Both the position numbers and the translations under genes were made by a program. Below the pieces are notes generated by a model. It was not told where the DNA came from. It was given only the letters and a program-made list of their open reading frames with translations, and ran no database searches. Positions 41,089 to 52,219 of a stretch of 64,000 bases of DNA are shown piece by piece (the stretch's first letter is position 1; every line of letters begins with the position of its first letter). Origin of the DNA: Chlorobium sp. (GTDB lineage: Bacteria > Bacteroidota > Chlorobiia > Chlorobiales > Chlorobiaceae); assembly GCF_021740465.1 (NCBI RefSeq), contig NZ_JAIOZR010000001.1, forward strand, positions 88,800-152,799. Reading direction: 5' to 3'.

Positions 41089-42969
41089 TTAGCGCTGCAG
41101 GGTTGCCGCCTCGATCAGTTCGTTCATCCTCGAAAGAAATTCGGTAGTCGAATCCAGCCCGCCCTCGTGCAGCAGCGCCGCGTCGTAAAGCTGCCGTATA
41201 ACCGTTCCGATGAGCGGATTGGCGGCATTGGCCATGTACATGCCCGAAAGGTTCCTGATAATGGGATGGGAGGTGTTAACCTCGAGAATCTTTTTGCCGG
41301 CAGGCATGTCGGCCTGCATCATCTTCATCATCCGCTCCATCTGGCTGTCGAGCGCATCCTTTCCGCTGACCAGCGTTACCGGAGAACTGACCAGCCGGTG
41401 CGACTCGACGACATCCTCGATCCGGTCTCCCAGCACATCCCTGAAAAGCCCGAGAACAGGCTGCAGCAGGTTTTCCGGCAGCGGCTCGCTCCCATCATTC
41501 TCCGCCGTTTTTGTGAAATCAATATCGGCTTTTTCGATTGATTTCAGAGGTTTTTTCTCATACTCGTGAATGGAGGGAATCACGAACACATCGACGGGGT
41601 CGCTGAGCAGCAGCACCTCGATACCCCTGTCCTGGAAATACTCGAGGTTGGGATGCGCCAGCAGCTGGCTGCGGCTGCTGCCGGAGTGAAAGTATATCTC
41701 TTTCTGATCCGGTGCCATCCGCCCGACATACTGGCCGAGGGTGACATACTCGTCCGGAGCGGTTTTCGTGCTTTCGAAACGAAGCAGCTCGATCAGCTTG
41801 TCGCGGTTGGTGAAATCCGTGTTCAGACCGATTTTCACGATGGGCCCGAACGCCTTGTAGAAGGTGCGGAACTTTTCGGGCTGCTCTTTGGCCAGGCCCT
41901 CAAACCAGCCGAGAATCTTTCCGGTGAGAATCTGGCGGATTTTGGCCATCACCGGGCTCGACTGGACGATCTCCCTCGATACGTTGAGCGAGAGATCTTC
42001 GGTATCGACAACGCCAACCAGAAAACGAAGGTATTCCGGCAGCAGGTCGCGGCACTCGTGCTGGATCATCACTTTTTTTACGTAGAGCTGGGGACCGCGG
42101 TTTTCAAGCTCGCTCTGGCGGTAGAGCAGCTCTGGCGGGGCTTCCTTCGGCAGGAAAAGCAGCGCCTTGAAACTCACCATGCCTTCGACGGAAACATGCA
42201 GATAGTCGAGAGGGTCCTGAAAATCGTTGGCGACGAACTTGTAGAACTCGTTGAGCTCCTCCTCCTTCATTTCGCTCTTCGAACGCTGCCAGAGCGCCGT
42301 CACGCTGTTGATCTGCCTTCCGCCCAGGGTGATGGGAAAATCGACGAAATTTGAATACTTCTTGATGATATGCTCGATACGGTACTCCTCGGCGAACTCT
42401 TTCGACTCCTCCTTGAGCCTGAAGGAAATGGTGGTGCCCCGTCCGGCTTTTTCGATCTTTTCGATGGTGTAGGTGCCTTCTCCCGAAGAACGCCACCGGT
42501 AGCCTTCGGAACCGGGCCTGGCGCTTCTGGTTTCAACCGTCACCTCGTCGGTCACCATGAATACCGAGTAGAAACCCACGCCGAACTGGCCGATCAGATT
42601 GCCGTCGAGCTCCTTCTGCTGATCCTTCAGGGCCTGCATGAAACCGAGTGTCCCGGATTTGGCGACGGTGCCGAGATTGGCAATCAGCTCCTCCTCGCTC
42701 ATGCCGATGCCGTTGTCCTCGATAACGAAGGTAAGCTCCTTCGGATCGACGGTTATCCTGATTCCGGGATCGCCCTCTCCTTCCAGAAGATCCTGGTCGG
42801 TAAGCGCATTGAAGCGCACCTTGCTCAGGGCGTCTGAAGCGTTGGAAATAAGCTCTCTGAGAAAAATTTCCGGATGGGTATAGAGCGAATGGACGATGAG
42901 GTCCAGAAGCTGTTTCATTTCGGCCTTATATTCGAACTCCTGCACTGATGAACCGTTGTTGCTGCTCAT
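41089..42969 (-). CDS. htpG: molecular chaperone HtpG (Hsp90)
   Basis: [29 protein letters not shown], and a length of 626 aa. Confidence 0.95.
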   Translation of the reverse strand: MSSNNGSSVQEFEYKAEMKQLLDLIVHSLYTHPEIFLRELISNASDALSKVRFNALTDQDLLEGEGDPGIRITVDPKELTFVIEDNGIGMSEEELIANLGTVAKSGTLGFMQALKDQQKELDGNLIGQFGVGFYSVFMVTDEVTVETRSARPGSEGYRWRSSGEGTYTIEKIEKAGRGTTISFRLKEESKEFAEEYRIEHIIKKYSNFVDFPITLGGRQINSVTALWQRSKSEMKEEELNEFYKFVANDFQDPLDYLHVSVEGMVSFKALLFLPKEAPPELLYRQSELENRGPQLYVKKVMIQHECRDLLPEYLRFLVGVVDTEDLSLNVSREIVQSSPVMAKIRQILTGKILGWFEGLAKEQPEKFRTFYKAFGPIVKIGLNTDFTNRDKLIELLRFESTKTAPDEYVTLGQYVGRMAPDQKEIYFHSGSSRSQLLAHPNLEYFQDRGIEVLLLSDPVDVFVIPSIHEYEKKPLKSIEKADIDFTKTAENDGSEPLPENLLQPVLGLFRDVLGDRIEDVVESHRLVSSPVTLVSGKDALDSQMERMMKMMQADMPAGKKILEVNTSHPIIRNLSGMYMANAANPLIGTVIRQLYDAALLHEGGLDSTTEFLSRMNELIEAATLQR

Positions 42970-43189
42970 AATTGCACACTGGTTTGGTTAATTCATTAGA
43001 AAAATCATTCCGGCATCGGAATGAAAAGACAAAAACAAGGGCATGTGCTCCGCGCCATGCAATCGAGGGGTAAATTTAAGCGAGGGATTGAAATATAACA
43101 AACGCCCCGTAACCGACCCGCAGGGCGAAGGGCCGGCTTCAGCTGCAATGAGCCCCTGCGACTTGCGGGTCAATCAGGCCCTCCGGGGG

Positions 43190-44062
43190 CTACTGCACCC
43201 TGCGAAGTTTTTTGCGGGCAGCCATTTCACCCTCATAGACCCGTTTGAGACCGTCTCCGAGGGCTTTTTCGATATCACGAATATTGGAAACAAGCCGGCT
43301 CATTCCCGATATCTCGACCGAGGCCGCCTGGTCCGATCCCCACATGGCGCGGTCGAGCGTGACATGACGCTCGATGAAGGTGGCTCCAAGAGCCACGGCC
43401 GCCCATGTGGTGGCAAGACCGACCTCATGGCCCGAGTAGCCAACCGGTATATCCGGCCAGGCGGCTTTCAGCGTTTCGATCACGCGAAGGTTCAGCTCCT
43501 CGACCGGACACGGATAGGTTGAATTGGTATGCGCCACAAGCAGGTTGGCGATGCCGAGCTCGCTTATCGCCATGGATATCTCCTCCATGGTCGACATGCC
43601 GGTGGAAATGATGAGAGGGCGTCCTGTCGATGCCGTTTTTTTCAGAAGCGCCAGATCGGTGAGCGAAGCCGACGCAGCCTTGTAGCAGGGCGGGTTGAAC
43701 TGCTCCATAAAATCGACCGCCTCCTCGTCCCAGCAGGACGCGAACCAGTGAATGCCTTTCTCCCGGCAGAATGCGTCGATTTCTGCATACTCCTCGCGGC
43801 CGAACTCGACCTTGTACCTGTAATCGATATAACGCATCCTGCCCCAGGGGGTATCGCGCTCGATATCGCGCTGGTCGGCAGGCACGCAAAGCTCCGGCGT
43901 GCGCTTCTGGAACTTCACGGCGTCGCATCCGGCAAGGGCTGCCCCTTCGATGAGCTGCCGCGCCACATCGAGCGACCCGTTATGGTTGATGCCTATTTCA
44001 GCGATAACGTATACCGGATGAGAGTCTCCGACATATCTGTTTCCGATTTTTACTTCCGCCAT
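43190..44062 (-). CDS. NeuB-family nonulosonate (sialic-acid-type) synthase, short form
   Basis: Start set at MAEVKIGNRYVGDSHPVYVIAEIGINHNGSLD (ATG at 44062). Contains DAVKFQKR, STGMST and GYSGHE. Ends right after ...EGEMAARKKLRR, so no SAF/antifreeze-like C-terminal domain is visible. Confidence 0.85.
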   Translation of the reverse strand: MAEVKIGNRYVGDSHPVYVIAEIGINHNGSLDVARQLIEGAALAGCDAVKFQKRTPELCVPADQRDIERDTPWGRMRYIDYRYKVEFGREEYAEIDAFCREKGIHWFASCWDEEAVDFMEQFNPPCYKAASASLTDLALLKKTASTGRPLIISTGMSTMEEISMAISELGIANLLVAHTNSTYPCPVEELNLRVIETLKAAWPDIPVGYSGHEVGLATTWAAVALGATFIERHVTLDRAMWGSDQAASVEISGMSRLVSNIRDIEKALGDGLKRVYEGEMAARKKLRRVQ

Positions 44063-44112
44063 ACAATCCTTGAAAAAATTAATAAAAAAACCTGCGAAGA
44101 CCGCAGTGCGGC

Positions 44113-44646
44113 TCAGGCCGGCAGCGGAGCGTCCGTCCGGAGGGCGATCAGCCATTCGGCGAAATCCCTGAAGGCTCCGTATCCCCCTTTTTGCCGGGAG
44201 ACATAGTGAACAAAAGGCTCCACGAAAGACATGGCGTCGCCGGGGCATGCGGTAATGCCCCGGGGGGATATAGCCCCGATGATGCCGAGGTCGTTGACAT
44301 CATCGCCGATATAAGCGAGCTCGTGCAGCTCCAGGCCGGTATCCCGGAGAACCGACGGAAGTTTTGAAAGCTTGTCTTTCACGCCGAGATAGAGGTGCGG
44401 CATCCGCAGCTTTTCTGCGCGGCGGGCAATGCTCGGCGACACCTCGCCGGTCATGATCGCGGTATCGACACCGTGATCCCTGAGCCTCTCGACACCCATG
44501 CCGTCACGGATGGAATAGCGTTTCATCACCTCTCCCGTCTCGCCGTAATACACCCCGTTATCGGTGAATACGCCGTCATTGTCCGAGATGACCAGCCTGA
44601 TGCCGGCGGCACGCCGCCGAAGTTCCGCGTTTCCGAGTTCGATCAT
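44113..44646 (-). CDS. HAD-IIIA phosphatase, KdsC-like (KDO-8-P / nonulosonate-9-P phosphatase)
   Basis: Start set at MIELGNAE (ATG at 44646). Contains IRLVISDNDGVFTDNGVYY...SIRDGMG...YIGDDVNDL, collinear with KdsC. Confidence 0.8.
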   Translation of the reverse strand: MIELGNAELRRRAAGIRLVISDNDGVFTDNGVYYGETGEVMKRYSIRDGMGVERLRDHGVDTAIMTGEVSPSIARRAEKLRMPHLYLGVKDKLSKLPSVLRDTGLELHELAYIGDDVNDLGIIGAISPRGITACPGDAMSFVEPFVHYVSRQKGGYGAFRDFAEWLIALRTDAPLPA

Positions 44647-45251
44647 GAGTGAGTGCAGAAAAAAAATATCATAAAAAAGGACGGGGATCACCCGCCCGAC
44701 CGTCCGATCTTCCCCGCAAATATAGAACATTTCTGTGTCTTTAAAGCCCTCCGGCAAAAAACGCATCGTCCGGCGGCTGCAGAAAAAAAGTTACCAACAG
44801 GTTATCCACATTTTTTTCAACATCCCCGGCAACGGCTTTAACTGCATGAGTAACGCAATACGGCGTATTCCGGAAACAACGCGAAAAACCGGTTATCCTG
44901 TTTAAAAACATTTATGTAGCAAACAAGGAAATCCTGCCGGTACTGCTCTGACGCAATAATTTTTCCGGCATGAGACGCCGTATTACCCCAGAACCCTGGA
45001 GGTTGTCAACAAATATCCGGCGCAATACGGCAGGAGTAAGAAAAGAATACTTCACCGCAAAAAAAACATCCCGATTCATACGTTCGGCGGTACGACCGCA
45101 TCACCGGACGGTGCCCGAAATGAACCTGCTGAACATCCGGAGCTAATATCGGCAGCGATAAACAGAGGTGTCGAAAAAACGGAATATCTGTAAAAGAGAA
45201 AGAAAAAAACTGCGAACTATGTCGGAACAGATACAAGCGCCCTGAAGCCTG

Positions 45252-45293
45252 AAAATAAAAACCGGCTCTCTCAGTTTTACATGAACGAGCCGG
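45252..45293 (-). terminator. candidate terminator after fumC
   Basis: Minus strand: CCGGCTC-N18-GAGCCGG followed by TTTTTATTTT, about 95 nt after the fumC stop. The loop is large. Confidence 0.4.
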
Positions 45294-45388
45294 TAGCAGG
45301 GAGAAAACCTCTAAAGAACAATAACCACACAACCTTTAATACACAACAAAAAAAAAGGCGATTTTGTTCAGGAAAACACAAATATTTT

Positions 45389-46840
45389 TCACCCGTTTTC
45401 ATTCCGGAGCCCCATACCGGTCATGGCCGAGGGATTCACCCACCTGTTGTACTCCGCCTCCGTTACATAACCGCTCAAAAGAGCGGCTTCTTTGAGTGAA
45501 AGCTTTTCCTGAAAGGCTTTCCAGGCGATTTCCGATGCCCTGTCGTATCCGATGTGAGGGTTGAGGGCCGTTGCAAGCATCAGGGAACCTGCCAGATGAC
45601 CGTCGATAGCCTCCCTGTCAGGCTCTATGCCCTGAACACATCTTGCGGTAAACGACAGGCATGCATCGCCCAGCAGCTCGGCCGACTGCAGAAAGGCCGT
45701 GATCATGACTGGTTTGTACACATTCAGCTCGAGCATGCCTCCTGATCCGGCCACCGAAAGCGTTACGTCGTTACCCATTACCTGCGCACACACCATAGTG
45801 AGTGCTTCGGCCTGCGTGGGATTGACCTTTCCCGGCATGATCGACGAACCCGGCTCGTTTGCAGGAAGCACCAGCTCACCGATGCCGCAGCGCGGCCCCG
45901 AAGCGAGAAGCCGGATATCGTTTGCGATTTTCATGAGGCTTGTGGCCAGAAGCTTCAGGGCTCCGTGCGAACCCAGAAGCGCATCGTGTGACGCCAGCGA
46001 GGCAAAGGGATTGGGGGCCGCCATAAAGGGATAACCTGTCAGCGAAGCGATGTTCCCGCACGCTTTTTCGGCGAACCCCGCCGGAGCGTTGAGGCCGGTA
46101 CCGACCGCGGTGCCCCCAAGTGCCAGCATGGCGAGAGGCTGTAGGGAACTTTCGAGCCAGCCGATACCGTGCGCAACCTGGGCGGCATAACCGGAAAACT
46201 CCTGGCCGAGCGTCAGCGGAGCCGCATCCATGAGATGCGTACGTCCGGTCTTTATGATTCTTTCGAACGCCTCTGCTTTTTCCGAAAGCGCTGCATGAAG
46301 CTGCCGGATGGCGGGAAGGGTTTTCGCCGAGAGCGAGCTGAAGGCGGCGATGTACATGGCTGCAGGAAAAACATCGTTGGAAGACTGCGACATGTTGACG
46401 TCGTCGTTGGGGTGCAGCAGCCTTTGGCCCTCTCCCTGGCGGTTTCCGAGCAGCACATGAGCACGGTTGGCGATCACCTCGTTGACGTTCATATTGGTGT
46501 GGGTGCCCGATCCGGTCTGCCAGACAACCAGCGGAAAATGGTCGAACAGTTCTCCCCGAATGAGCTCGTCGCACACGAGAGCAATCGCATTCATCTTTTC
46601 CGGAGAGAGAACCCCAAGCTCGCAATTGGCGATTGCCGCAGCTTTTTTCACATACCCCAAAGCCCTTATCACCTCACGGGGCATCGAACCCGGAGGGCCT
46701 ATCCTGAAGTTCATGAGCGAGCGCTGCGTCTGTGCCCCCCAGTATTTCGCGGCAGGCACCAGCACCTCGCCCATGGAGTCTTTTTCTCGTCTGTCGTTCA
46801 TGGCTGCATGGCGTTGTCGTTGATCGGGGCGATCCTTCAC
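45389..46840 (-). CDS. fumC: class II fumarate hydratase
   Basis: [27 protein letters not shown] (FumC-type N-terminus) and the lyase signature [17 protein letters not shown]. An alternative start at 46801 ([11 protein letters not shown]) is plausible. Confidence 0.9.
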   Translation of the reverse strand: MKDRPDQRQRHAAMNDRREKDSMGEVLVPAAKYWGAQTQRSLMNFRIGPPGSMPREVIRALGYVKKAAAIANCELGVLSPEKMNAIALVCDELIRGELFDHFPLVVWQTGSGTHTNMNVNEVIANRAHVLLGNRQGEGQRLLHPNDDVNMSQSSNDVFPAAMYIAAFSSLSAKTLPAIRQLHAALSEKAEAFERIIKTGRTHLMDAAPLTLGQEFSGYAAQVAHGIGWLESSLQPLAMLALGGTAVGTGLNAPAGFAEKACGNIASLTGYPFMAAPNPFASLASHDALLGSHGALKLLATSLMKIANDIRLLASGPRCGIGELVLPANEPGSSIMPGKVNPTQAEALTMVCAQVMGNDVTLSVAGSGGMLELNVYKPVMITAFLQSAELLGDACLSFTARCVQGIEPDREAIDGHLAGSLMLATALNPHIGYDRASEIAWKAFQEKLSLKEAALLSGYVTEAEYNRWVNPSAMTGMGLRNENG

Positions 46841-47721
46841 GACTCCTCACGCAGAAGCATGTTGCGGCATTCCCGCAACTCCTCCGACCTCCGGGCGTCG
46901 GCTTCGGGAAATCTGAGGTCAAGCCCCTGAAACATGTCGAGAATAATGCGCGAGACCAGAAGCCTCGTATTCTTCTTGTCGTCGGCCGGAATGACGTACC
47001 AGGGAGCGTAGCTGGTGCTGGTTGCCGAAAGGCAGGCTTCATAGGCCTTCATGTATTCACGCCAGTACTGGCGCTCTCCGATGTCTGCCATGCTGAACTT
47101 CCAGCTCTTTTCCGGCTTGTCGATCCTTTCCAGAAAACGCTTGCGCTGCTCCTCCTTCGACAGGTGCAGAAAAAATTTCAGAATCCGGGTGCCGTTCCGG
47201 TAGAGGTGCCGTTCAAGCTCGTTGATCGACCGGTATCGCTGTTTCCAGACGTCGCCGTTTTTCATACGCACCTCGGGAATCCCCTGACGCACGAAAATTT
47301 CGGGGTGGACACGCACGATGAGCACCTCTTCATAATAGGAGCGGTTGAAAATGCCGATGCGCCCCCGCTCCGGCAGGACGCAGTTGGTTCTCCAGAGAAA
47401 ATCGTGATCGAGTTCATGCGGCGAAGGGTGCTTGAAACTGTAAACCTGGCACCCCTGCGGATTGACTCCCGACATGACATGACGTATCACGCTGTCCTTG
47501 CCTGCGGCGTCCAGGGCCTGAAAAATCAGGAGTACCGCATACCGGTTGTCGGCATAGTGGCGCTGCTGGATTTCACTGAGCTGTCTGACGTGCCGGTCGA
47601 GCACCGCAGTGCACTCTTTTTTTGAGGAGTAGAGAGGAGGCTCGAGGGTGGGAAGTACCGAAAGATCCATCGGCACACCCTGCTGAACACGATATTTTTC
47701 AGGAGAGATCACACTGTTCAT
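46837..47721 (-). CDS. ppk2: polyphosphate kinase 2 family protein
   Basis: [29 protein letters not shown] (PPK2 Walker-A-like) and [10 protein letters not shown]. The stop overlaps the long-form fumC start by 4 nt. Confidence 0.9.
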   Translation of the reverse strand: MNSVISPEKYRVQQGVPMDLSVLPTLEPPLYSSKKECTAVLDRHVRQLSEIQQRHYADNRYAVLLIFQALDAAGKDSVIRHVMSGVNPQGCQVYSFKHPSPHELDHDFLWRTNCVLPERGRIGIFNRSYYEEVLIVRVHPEIFVRQGIPEVRMKNGDVWKQRYRSINELERHLYRNGTRILKFFLHLSKEEQRKRFLERIDKPEKSWKFSMADIGERQYWREYMKAYEACLSATSTSYAPWYVIPADDKKNTRLLVSRIILDMFQGLDLRFPEADARRSEELRECRNMLLREES

Positions 47722-47860
47722 AACCGCTGTTTTTCAACAGTTAGGAAAGACGGGGAACGGCAAACAAAAACTATACAGTAGAAACGGATTAAGCCGGCAG
47801 TTCGTTCGTTTAGCCCGACCGGAGGCGCCCCCTCTCTCTTCCTGAAAAACCGCAGGCGAC

Positions 47861-47900
47861 AAAAAAAACCGCGAAGGGCAAGCGGAAAAACCCTTCGCGG
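47861..47900 (-). terminator. rho-independent terminator after ppa
   Basis: Minus strand: CCGCGAAGGG-N12-CCCTTCGCGG (10-bp stem) followed by T8. Confidence 0.6.
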
Positions 47901-47955
47901 CAGGAAACAGGGATGCAGCGAAACCCCAACTTCAGGGGTTCATCAACAAAACCGC

Positions 47956-48519
47956 TTATGCGTAAACCTTGTTATAGTTGTCGATGGCATGCACCACGCT
48001 CTGGCGCGCGATTTCGGCATTCTGGAACTGCTCGACAAGAACGGTTTTATGCTCGAGAGCCTTGTACTCTTCAAAAAAGTGCTGGAGCTCGGAGTTGAAG
48101 TACGGAGGAAGCTGATCGATATCGTTGATACCGTTCATGCTCACGTCATCTTCGGCAACGGCAATGATCTTGTCGTCGCCCTCGCCATGATCGACCATGC
48201 GCATAACACCGATCACTCTTGCCCTCACCAGGCACAGCGGAACAATATCGCACTGGGAAATCACCACGATATCGAGCGGATCGTGATCGTCACCGAGCGT
48301 TTTGGGAATGAAGCCGTAATTGGCAGGATAGAATACCGAGGAAAAAAGTACCCGGTCGAGCTTCAGCATGCCGGTCTTCTTGTCCAGTTCATACTTTGTT
48401 TTACTGCCTCGTGAAATCTCGATAATGGCATTGACAATATTAGGCTGATCTTCTCCTATCTCAACATGATGCCAGGGATTGAAATTCATAACGGATGTCT
48501 TGAATTGGTTATAGGTCAA
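47956..48519 (-). CDS. ppa: inorganic pyrophosphatase (family I)
   Basis: [21 protein letters not shown]...[23 protein letters not shown] is the canonical family I PPase motif. Confidence 0.95.
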   Translation of the reverse strand: MTYNQFKTSVMNFNPWHHVEIGEDQPNIVNAIIEISRGSKTKYELDKKTGMLKLDRVLFSSVFYPANYGFIPKTLGDDHDPLDIVVISQCDIVPLCLVRARVIGVMRMVDHGEGDDKIIAVAEDDVSMNGINDIDQLPPYFNSELQHFFEEYKALEHKTVLVEQFQNAEIARQSVVHAIDNYNKVYA

Positions 48520-48585
48520 ACACGGAAAAGCCGTGGCATTATAGCATTTTTTTTCAAAGGCTTCAAGAGAGACGGCAAGAGAATC

Positions 48586-49917
48586 TCAGCTTTCGGCTTT
48601 CTGCTGAAAATACGCTCTCGTTTCGGCAGCGACCACAGGACTCAGCACCAGCAGCGACACAAGGTTCGGCAGAGCCATGAGCGCGTTGGCGATGTCGGCG
48701 AAGGTCCAGACCACCTGCAGCGAAGCGACCGAACCGACCATGACCGCCGCTACCCATGCCCAGCGGTAGGGCACGACAAGCTGTTTGCCGAACAGGTATT
48801 CCATGGCTTTTTCGCCGTAGTACGACCAGCCGAGAATGGTTGAAAATACGAAAGTCAGCAGCCCGAAGGTAAGCACGGCATTGCCGATATAGGGTACTTC
48901 GTTGAAGGCTGCGTTGGTAAGTTCCGCACCTTTCAGCCCGCTCTGCCACATGCCGGAGTTGACCACGACGATGCCGGTAACTGCGCACAGCACAACCGTA
49001 TCCCAGAATGTACCGGTTGCCGAAATCAGCGCCTGGCGCACCGGATGGCTGGTCTGTGCTGCTGCTGCGACAATGGGAGCACTGCCGAGTCCCGATTCGT
49101 TGGAAAAAAGGCCGCGAGCGATACCGAAACGCATGGCCTCCCGCACTCCCGCTCCGGCAAATCCGCCGAGAGCGGCCTGGCCGTTGAATGCCGACGAAAA
49201 GATGAGCTGCAGGGTTTCGGGCAGCGAGTCCTGGCGAAGAAACAGCAGCACAAAGCACCCGATAACGTAGAGCAGCGCCATGAATGGCACCAGGTACTCG
49301 CACACCTTCGCGATCGACTTGATGCCGCCGATGATCACCACCGCAGTGAACACCGTAAGCAGCACGCCGGTGATCCAGGGGGCAATATTGAAATTGCTCT
49401 CGACCATCGCGGCTATGGAGTTGGCCTGCACCATGTTGCCGATGCCGAATGATGCGACTACGGTGAACACAGCGAACAGCACGGCGAGCCACTTCATGTT
49501 CATGGCTTTCTCGAGCACGTACATAGGTCCGCCCGAAACCGTCCCGTCCCCGCCCACGACCCGGTACTTCACCGAAAGCAGCGCCTCGGAATATTTGGTA
49601 GCCATACCGAACACGCCGGTCAGCCACATCCAGAGTACCGCACCAGGTCCTCCTGCGGCTACCGCAGTGGCAACACCGACGATATTACCGGTACCGATGG
49701 TGGCGGCAAGCGCCGTCACCAGAGCGCCGAAGTGGCTGATCTCACCCTCACCCTCCCTTGTTCTTGTAAGCGACATACGGATGGCGCTGAAGGTGTGCTT
49801 CTGGATGAATCCAAGCCTGAACGTAAGAAACAGATGGGTGCCGAACAGCACGGCAAGCAGGGGCACGCCCCAGACATATCCGCTGATCTGGTCAAGAAGT
49901 TTTTCAAGTCCGCTCAC
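48586..49917 (-). CDS. alanine/glycine:cation symporter (AGCS family)
   Basis: Starts MSGLEKLLDQISGYVWGVPLLAVLFGTHLFLTFRLGFIQ and contains ATIGTGNIVGVATAV and NESGLGSAPI. Confidence 0.9.
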   Translation of the reverse strand: MSGLEKLLDQISGYVWGVPLLAVLFGTHLFLTFRLGFIQKHTFSAIRMSLTRTREGEGEISHFGALVTALAATIGTGNIVGVATAVAAGGPGAVLWMWLTGVFGMATKYSEALLSVKYRVVGGDGTVSGGPMYVLEKAMNMKWLAVLFAVFTVVASFGIGNMVQANSIAAMVESNFNIAPWITGVLLTVFTAVVIIGGIKSIAKVCEYLVPFMALLYVIGCFVLLFLRQDSLPETLQLIFSSAFNGQAALGGFAGAGVREAMRFGIARGLFSNESGLGSAPIVAAAAQTSHPVRQALISATGTFWDTVVLCAVTGIVVVNSGMWQSGLKGAELTNAAFNEVPYIGNAVLTFGLLTFVFSTILGWSYYGEKAMEYLFGKQLVVPYRWAWVAAVMVGSVASLQVVWTFADIANALMALPNLVSLLVLSPVVAAETRAYFQQKAES

Positions 49918-50096
49918 GCTGCCTCCGGAATCGGGTTAAGGATAAAAGCTGGTAACATCAGATCAAGCTTGAAAATACGGTATTGTACGCTAAGTGCATG
50001 AACCCGTCGATTCTTTTTTTACCCCCTATCTTTGTATCTTTGCGGCTTACAGCGATTTTTCACCTTCCGCAGTAGCGGAAACACACTGAGCAAAGC

Positions 50097-51695
50097 ATGG
50101 ACGCAGCCTTGAATAAGGAAACCGCAAAACGGAAAACCTTTGCCATCATCAGCCACCCTGATGCCGGCAAAACCACCCTTACCGAAAAGTTTCTGCTTTT
50201 CGGCGGCGCGATCCAGACAGCCGGAGCGGTCAAGAGCAACAAGATCCGCAAGACGGCCACCAGCGACTTCATGGAAATCGAAAAGCAGCGAGGCATTTCG
50301 GTAGCCACCTCGGTGATGGGATTCGAATACAGGGGGCGCAGGGTCAACATTCTCGACACGCCCGGCCACAAGGATTTCGCCGAAGACACCTACCGCACCC
50401 TCACGGCCGTCGACAGCGTCATTCTGGTCGTCGACTGCGTCAAGGGCGTCGAAGCCCAGACCGAAAGGCTTATGGAGGTCTGCTCGATGCGCAATACTCC
50501 GGTCATCATCTTCATCAACAAGATGGACCGCGAAGGCAAAAACCCTTTCGAGTTGCTCGACGAACTCGAACACAAGCTTCAGATACAAGTCCGTCCACTC
50601 ACCTGGCCAATCAGCCAGGGCCAGACCTTCAAAGGGGTCTACAACCTTTACCGGAGAGAGCTGAACCTGTTCGAGGCCAACGCCACCAGAATCGGCGAAA
50701 CGCTCATCAAGATCAAAAGCCCCGAAGATCCGGAACTGGAAAAGTGGATTCCGGAAAGCTTCTGCGAGAGGCTGAGGGAGGAGGTCTCCCTGATAGAGGG
50801 GGTCTACGAGCCCTTCAACCCGGAGCTTTACCGCGACGGCCTTCTGGCGCCGGTCTTTTTCGGAAGCGCCATCAACAACTTCGGCGTACAGGAGCTGCTT
50901 GAAACGTTTCTGGCCATAGCCCCGAGCCCGCATGAGCGGGAGGCCGCACAGAGGGTAGTAAAAGCTTCGGAAGAGGCCATGACCGGTTTCGTATTCAAGA
51001 TCCACGCCAATCTGGACCCCAACCACCGCGACCGGACCGCCTTTTTCAGAATCTGTTCAGGCAAGTTCGAGCGCAACAAGTTCTACTACCACACCCGCCT
51101 CGGCAAGAAAATCCGGTTCTCGAGCCCCACGCAGTTCATGGCTAACGAAAAAAGCGTGATCGACGAAGCCTGGCCGGGGGATGTGATCGGCCTGTACGAC
51201 AACGGTTCGCTGAAAATCGGCGACACGCTCACCGAAGGCGAGGATCTGCAGTTCCGGGGCATTCCGAGCTTTTCGCCGGAAATTTTCAAGTTGCTTGAAA
51301 ACCGCGACCCGCTCAAGACCAAGCAGCTCGACAAGGGAATCCGGCAACTCACCGAAGAGGGTGTGGCGCAGCTCTTCGTGCAGTACGGCAGCCGCAAAAT
51401 CGTAGGCACGGTGGGCGAACTGCAGTTCGACGTCATCAAGTTCCGCCTCGAACACGAGTACGGCGCCCAGTGCGACTTCATGCCGCTCCGCTACCACAAG
51501 GCATTCTGGATAACCAGCGACAACAAGGTGCAGCTCGAGGAGTTCATGCGCCGCAAATCGACCGCCATAGCGCTCGACCGCGAAGAGCACCCGGTGTTCC
51601 TGGCCGAAAGCGAATGGATGCTGAAGGTCGCCCGCGAGGACTACCCCGAACTTGAATTCCACGCCACCTCCGAATTCAAGACCGCCGGGGAGTGA
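50097..51695 (+). CDS. prfC: peptide chain release factor 3
   Basis: [28 protein letters not shown] (G1), DTPGHKDF (G3) and NKMDR (G4). Length 532 aa. Confidence 0.95.
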   Translation: MDAALNKETAKRKTFAIISHPDAGKTTLTEKFLLFGGAIQTAGAVKSNKIRKTATSDFMEIEKQRGISVATSVMGFEYRGRRVNILDTPGHKDFAEDTYRTLTAVDSVILVVDCVKGVEAQTERLMEVCSMRNTPVIIFINKMDREGKNPFELLDELEHKLQIQVRPLTWPISQGQTFKGVYNLYRRELNLFEANATRIGETLIKIKSPEDPELEKWIPESFCERLREEVSLIEGVYEPFNPELYRDGLLAPVFFGSAINNFGVQELLETFLAIAPSPHEREAAQRVVKASEEAMTGFVFKIHANLDPNHRDRTAFFRICSGKFERNKFYYHTRLGKKIRFSSPTQFMANEKSVIDEAWPGDVIGLYDNGSLKIGDTLTEGEDLQFRGIPSFSPEIFKLLENRDPLKTKQLDKGIRQLTEEGVAQLFVQYGSRKIVGTVGELQFDVIKFRLEHEYGAQCDFMPLRYHKAFWITSDNKVQLEEFMRRKSTAIALDREEHPVFLAESEWMLKVAREDYPELEFHATSEFKTAGE

Positions 51696-51714
51696 TTTCC
51701 TCTCCCGCCTGAAA
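51647..51714 (+). repeat. direct repeat copy 1 (att-like), covering the last codons of prfC plus ~20 nt
   Basis: CGAACTTGAATTCCACGCCACCTCCGAATTCAAGACCGCCGGGGAGT (51647-51693) is identical to 52611-52657. A degenerate continuation ends in CCCGCCTGAAA in both copies. Confidence 0.85.
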
Positions 51715-51718
51715 TGCC

Positions 51719-51742
51719 AAAGCCCGTCTCGCGACGGGCTTT
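51719..51742 (+). terminator. prfC terminator hairpin
   Basis: AAAGCCCGTC-TCGC-GACGGGCTTT: a 10-bp perfect stem, 24 nt after the prfC stop. Confidence 0.6.
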
Positions 51743-51961
51743 ACGTATCATACAATTTCACCTATGACCCTGACTCCCCCCGACCCGGGATTTCCCTCTT
51801 TGCCAGCCCGCGCAGAGCACTTGCTCATGCCCCGGTATTGCCGTAATTCCGGAAAGGAGTAGCGTGATCTTCATCAGGTGGCTCGGCTCGATTCGGAAGC
51901 TGATAGCATGGATGTTTGATTTGTTTTGTACATTATGAGGTAACACATAAAGCACATCACC

Positions 51962-52219
51962 ATGATCGCAATCAGCACAACCGAACTGCGGAAAAACCTG
52001 CGGAAGTATCTGAACCTCGTCCAGAAGGAACGAGTCATCATTCAGTGCGGGAAAAGCGAAACCTATGAAATCATTCCCGCCCGCAAGATCAGTGACAAAG
52101 ACTCCTGTTATTCCAATCAGGAGCTCCTCAGCGTACTGAAAGAGTCAGAGGATGACATTGCCAAGGGTCGCATCCGTGAGGTCAATGACGTCAGGGACTT
52201 ATGGGAAAATATTCCATAA
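51962..52219 (+). CDS. type II antitoxin, Phd/YefM family
   Basis: Starts [28 protein letters not shown], the typical YefM N-terminus. Overlaps the toxin gene by 19 nt. Confidence 0.8.
   Translation: MIAISTTELRKNLRKYLNLVQKERVIIQCGKSETYEIIPARKISDKDSCYSNQELLSVLKESEDDIAKGRIREVNDVRDLWENIP

Noticed and set aside
48563-49627. 354-aa minus-strand ORF (Arg/Gly-rich), out of frame with the alanine symporter
   Set aside because: It is on the same strand in a different frame. The symporter frame has the AGCS motifs and membrane-protein hydrophobicity, which this one lacks.
50019-51026. 335-aa minus-strand ORF opposite prfC
   Set aside because: It is antisense to a GTPase gene that has all the G-motifs.
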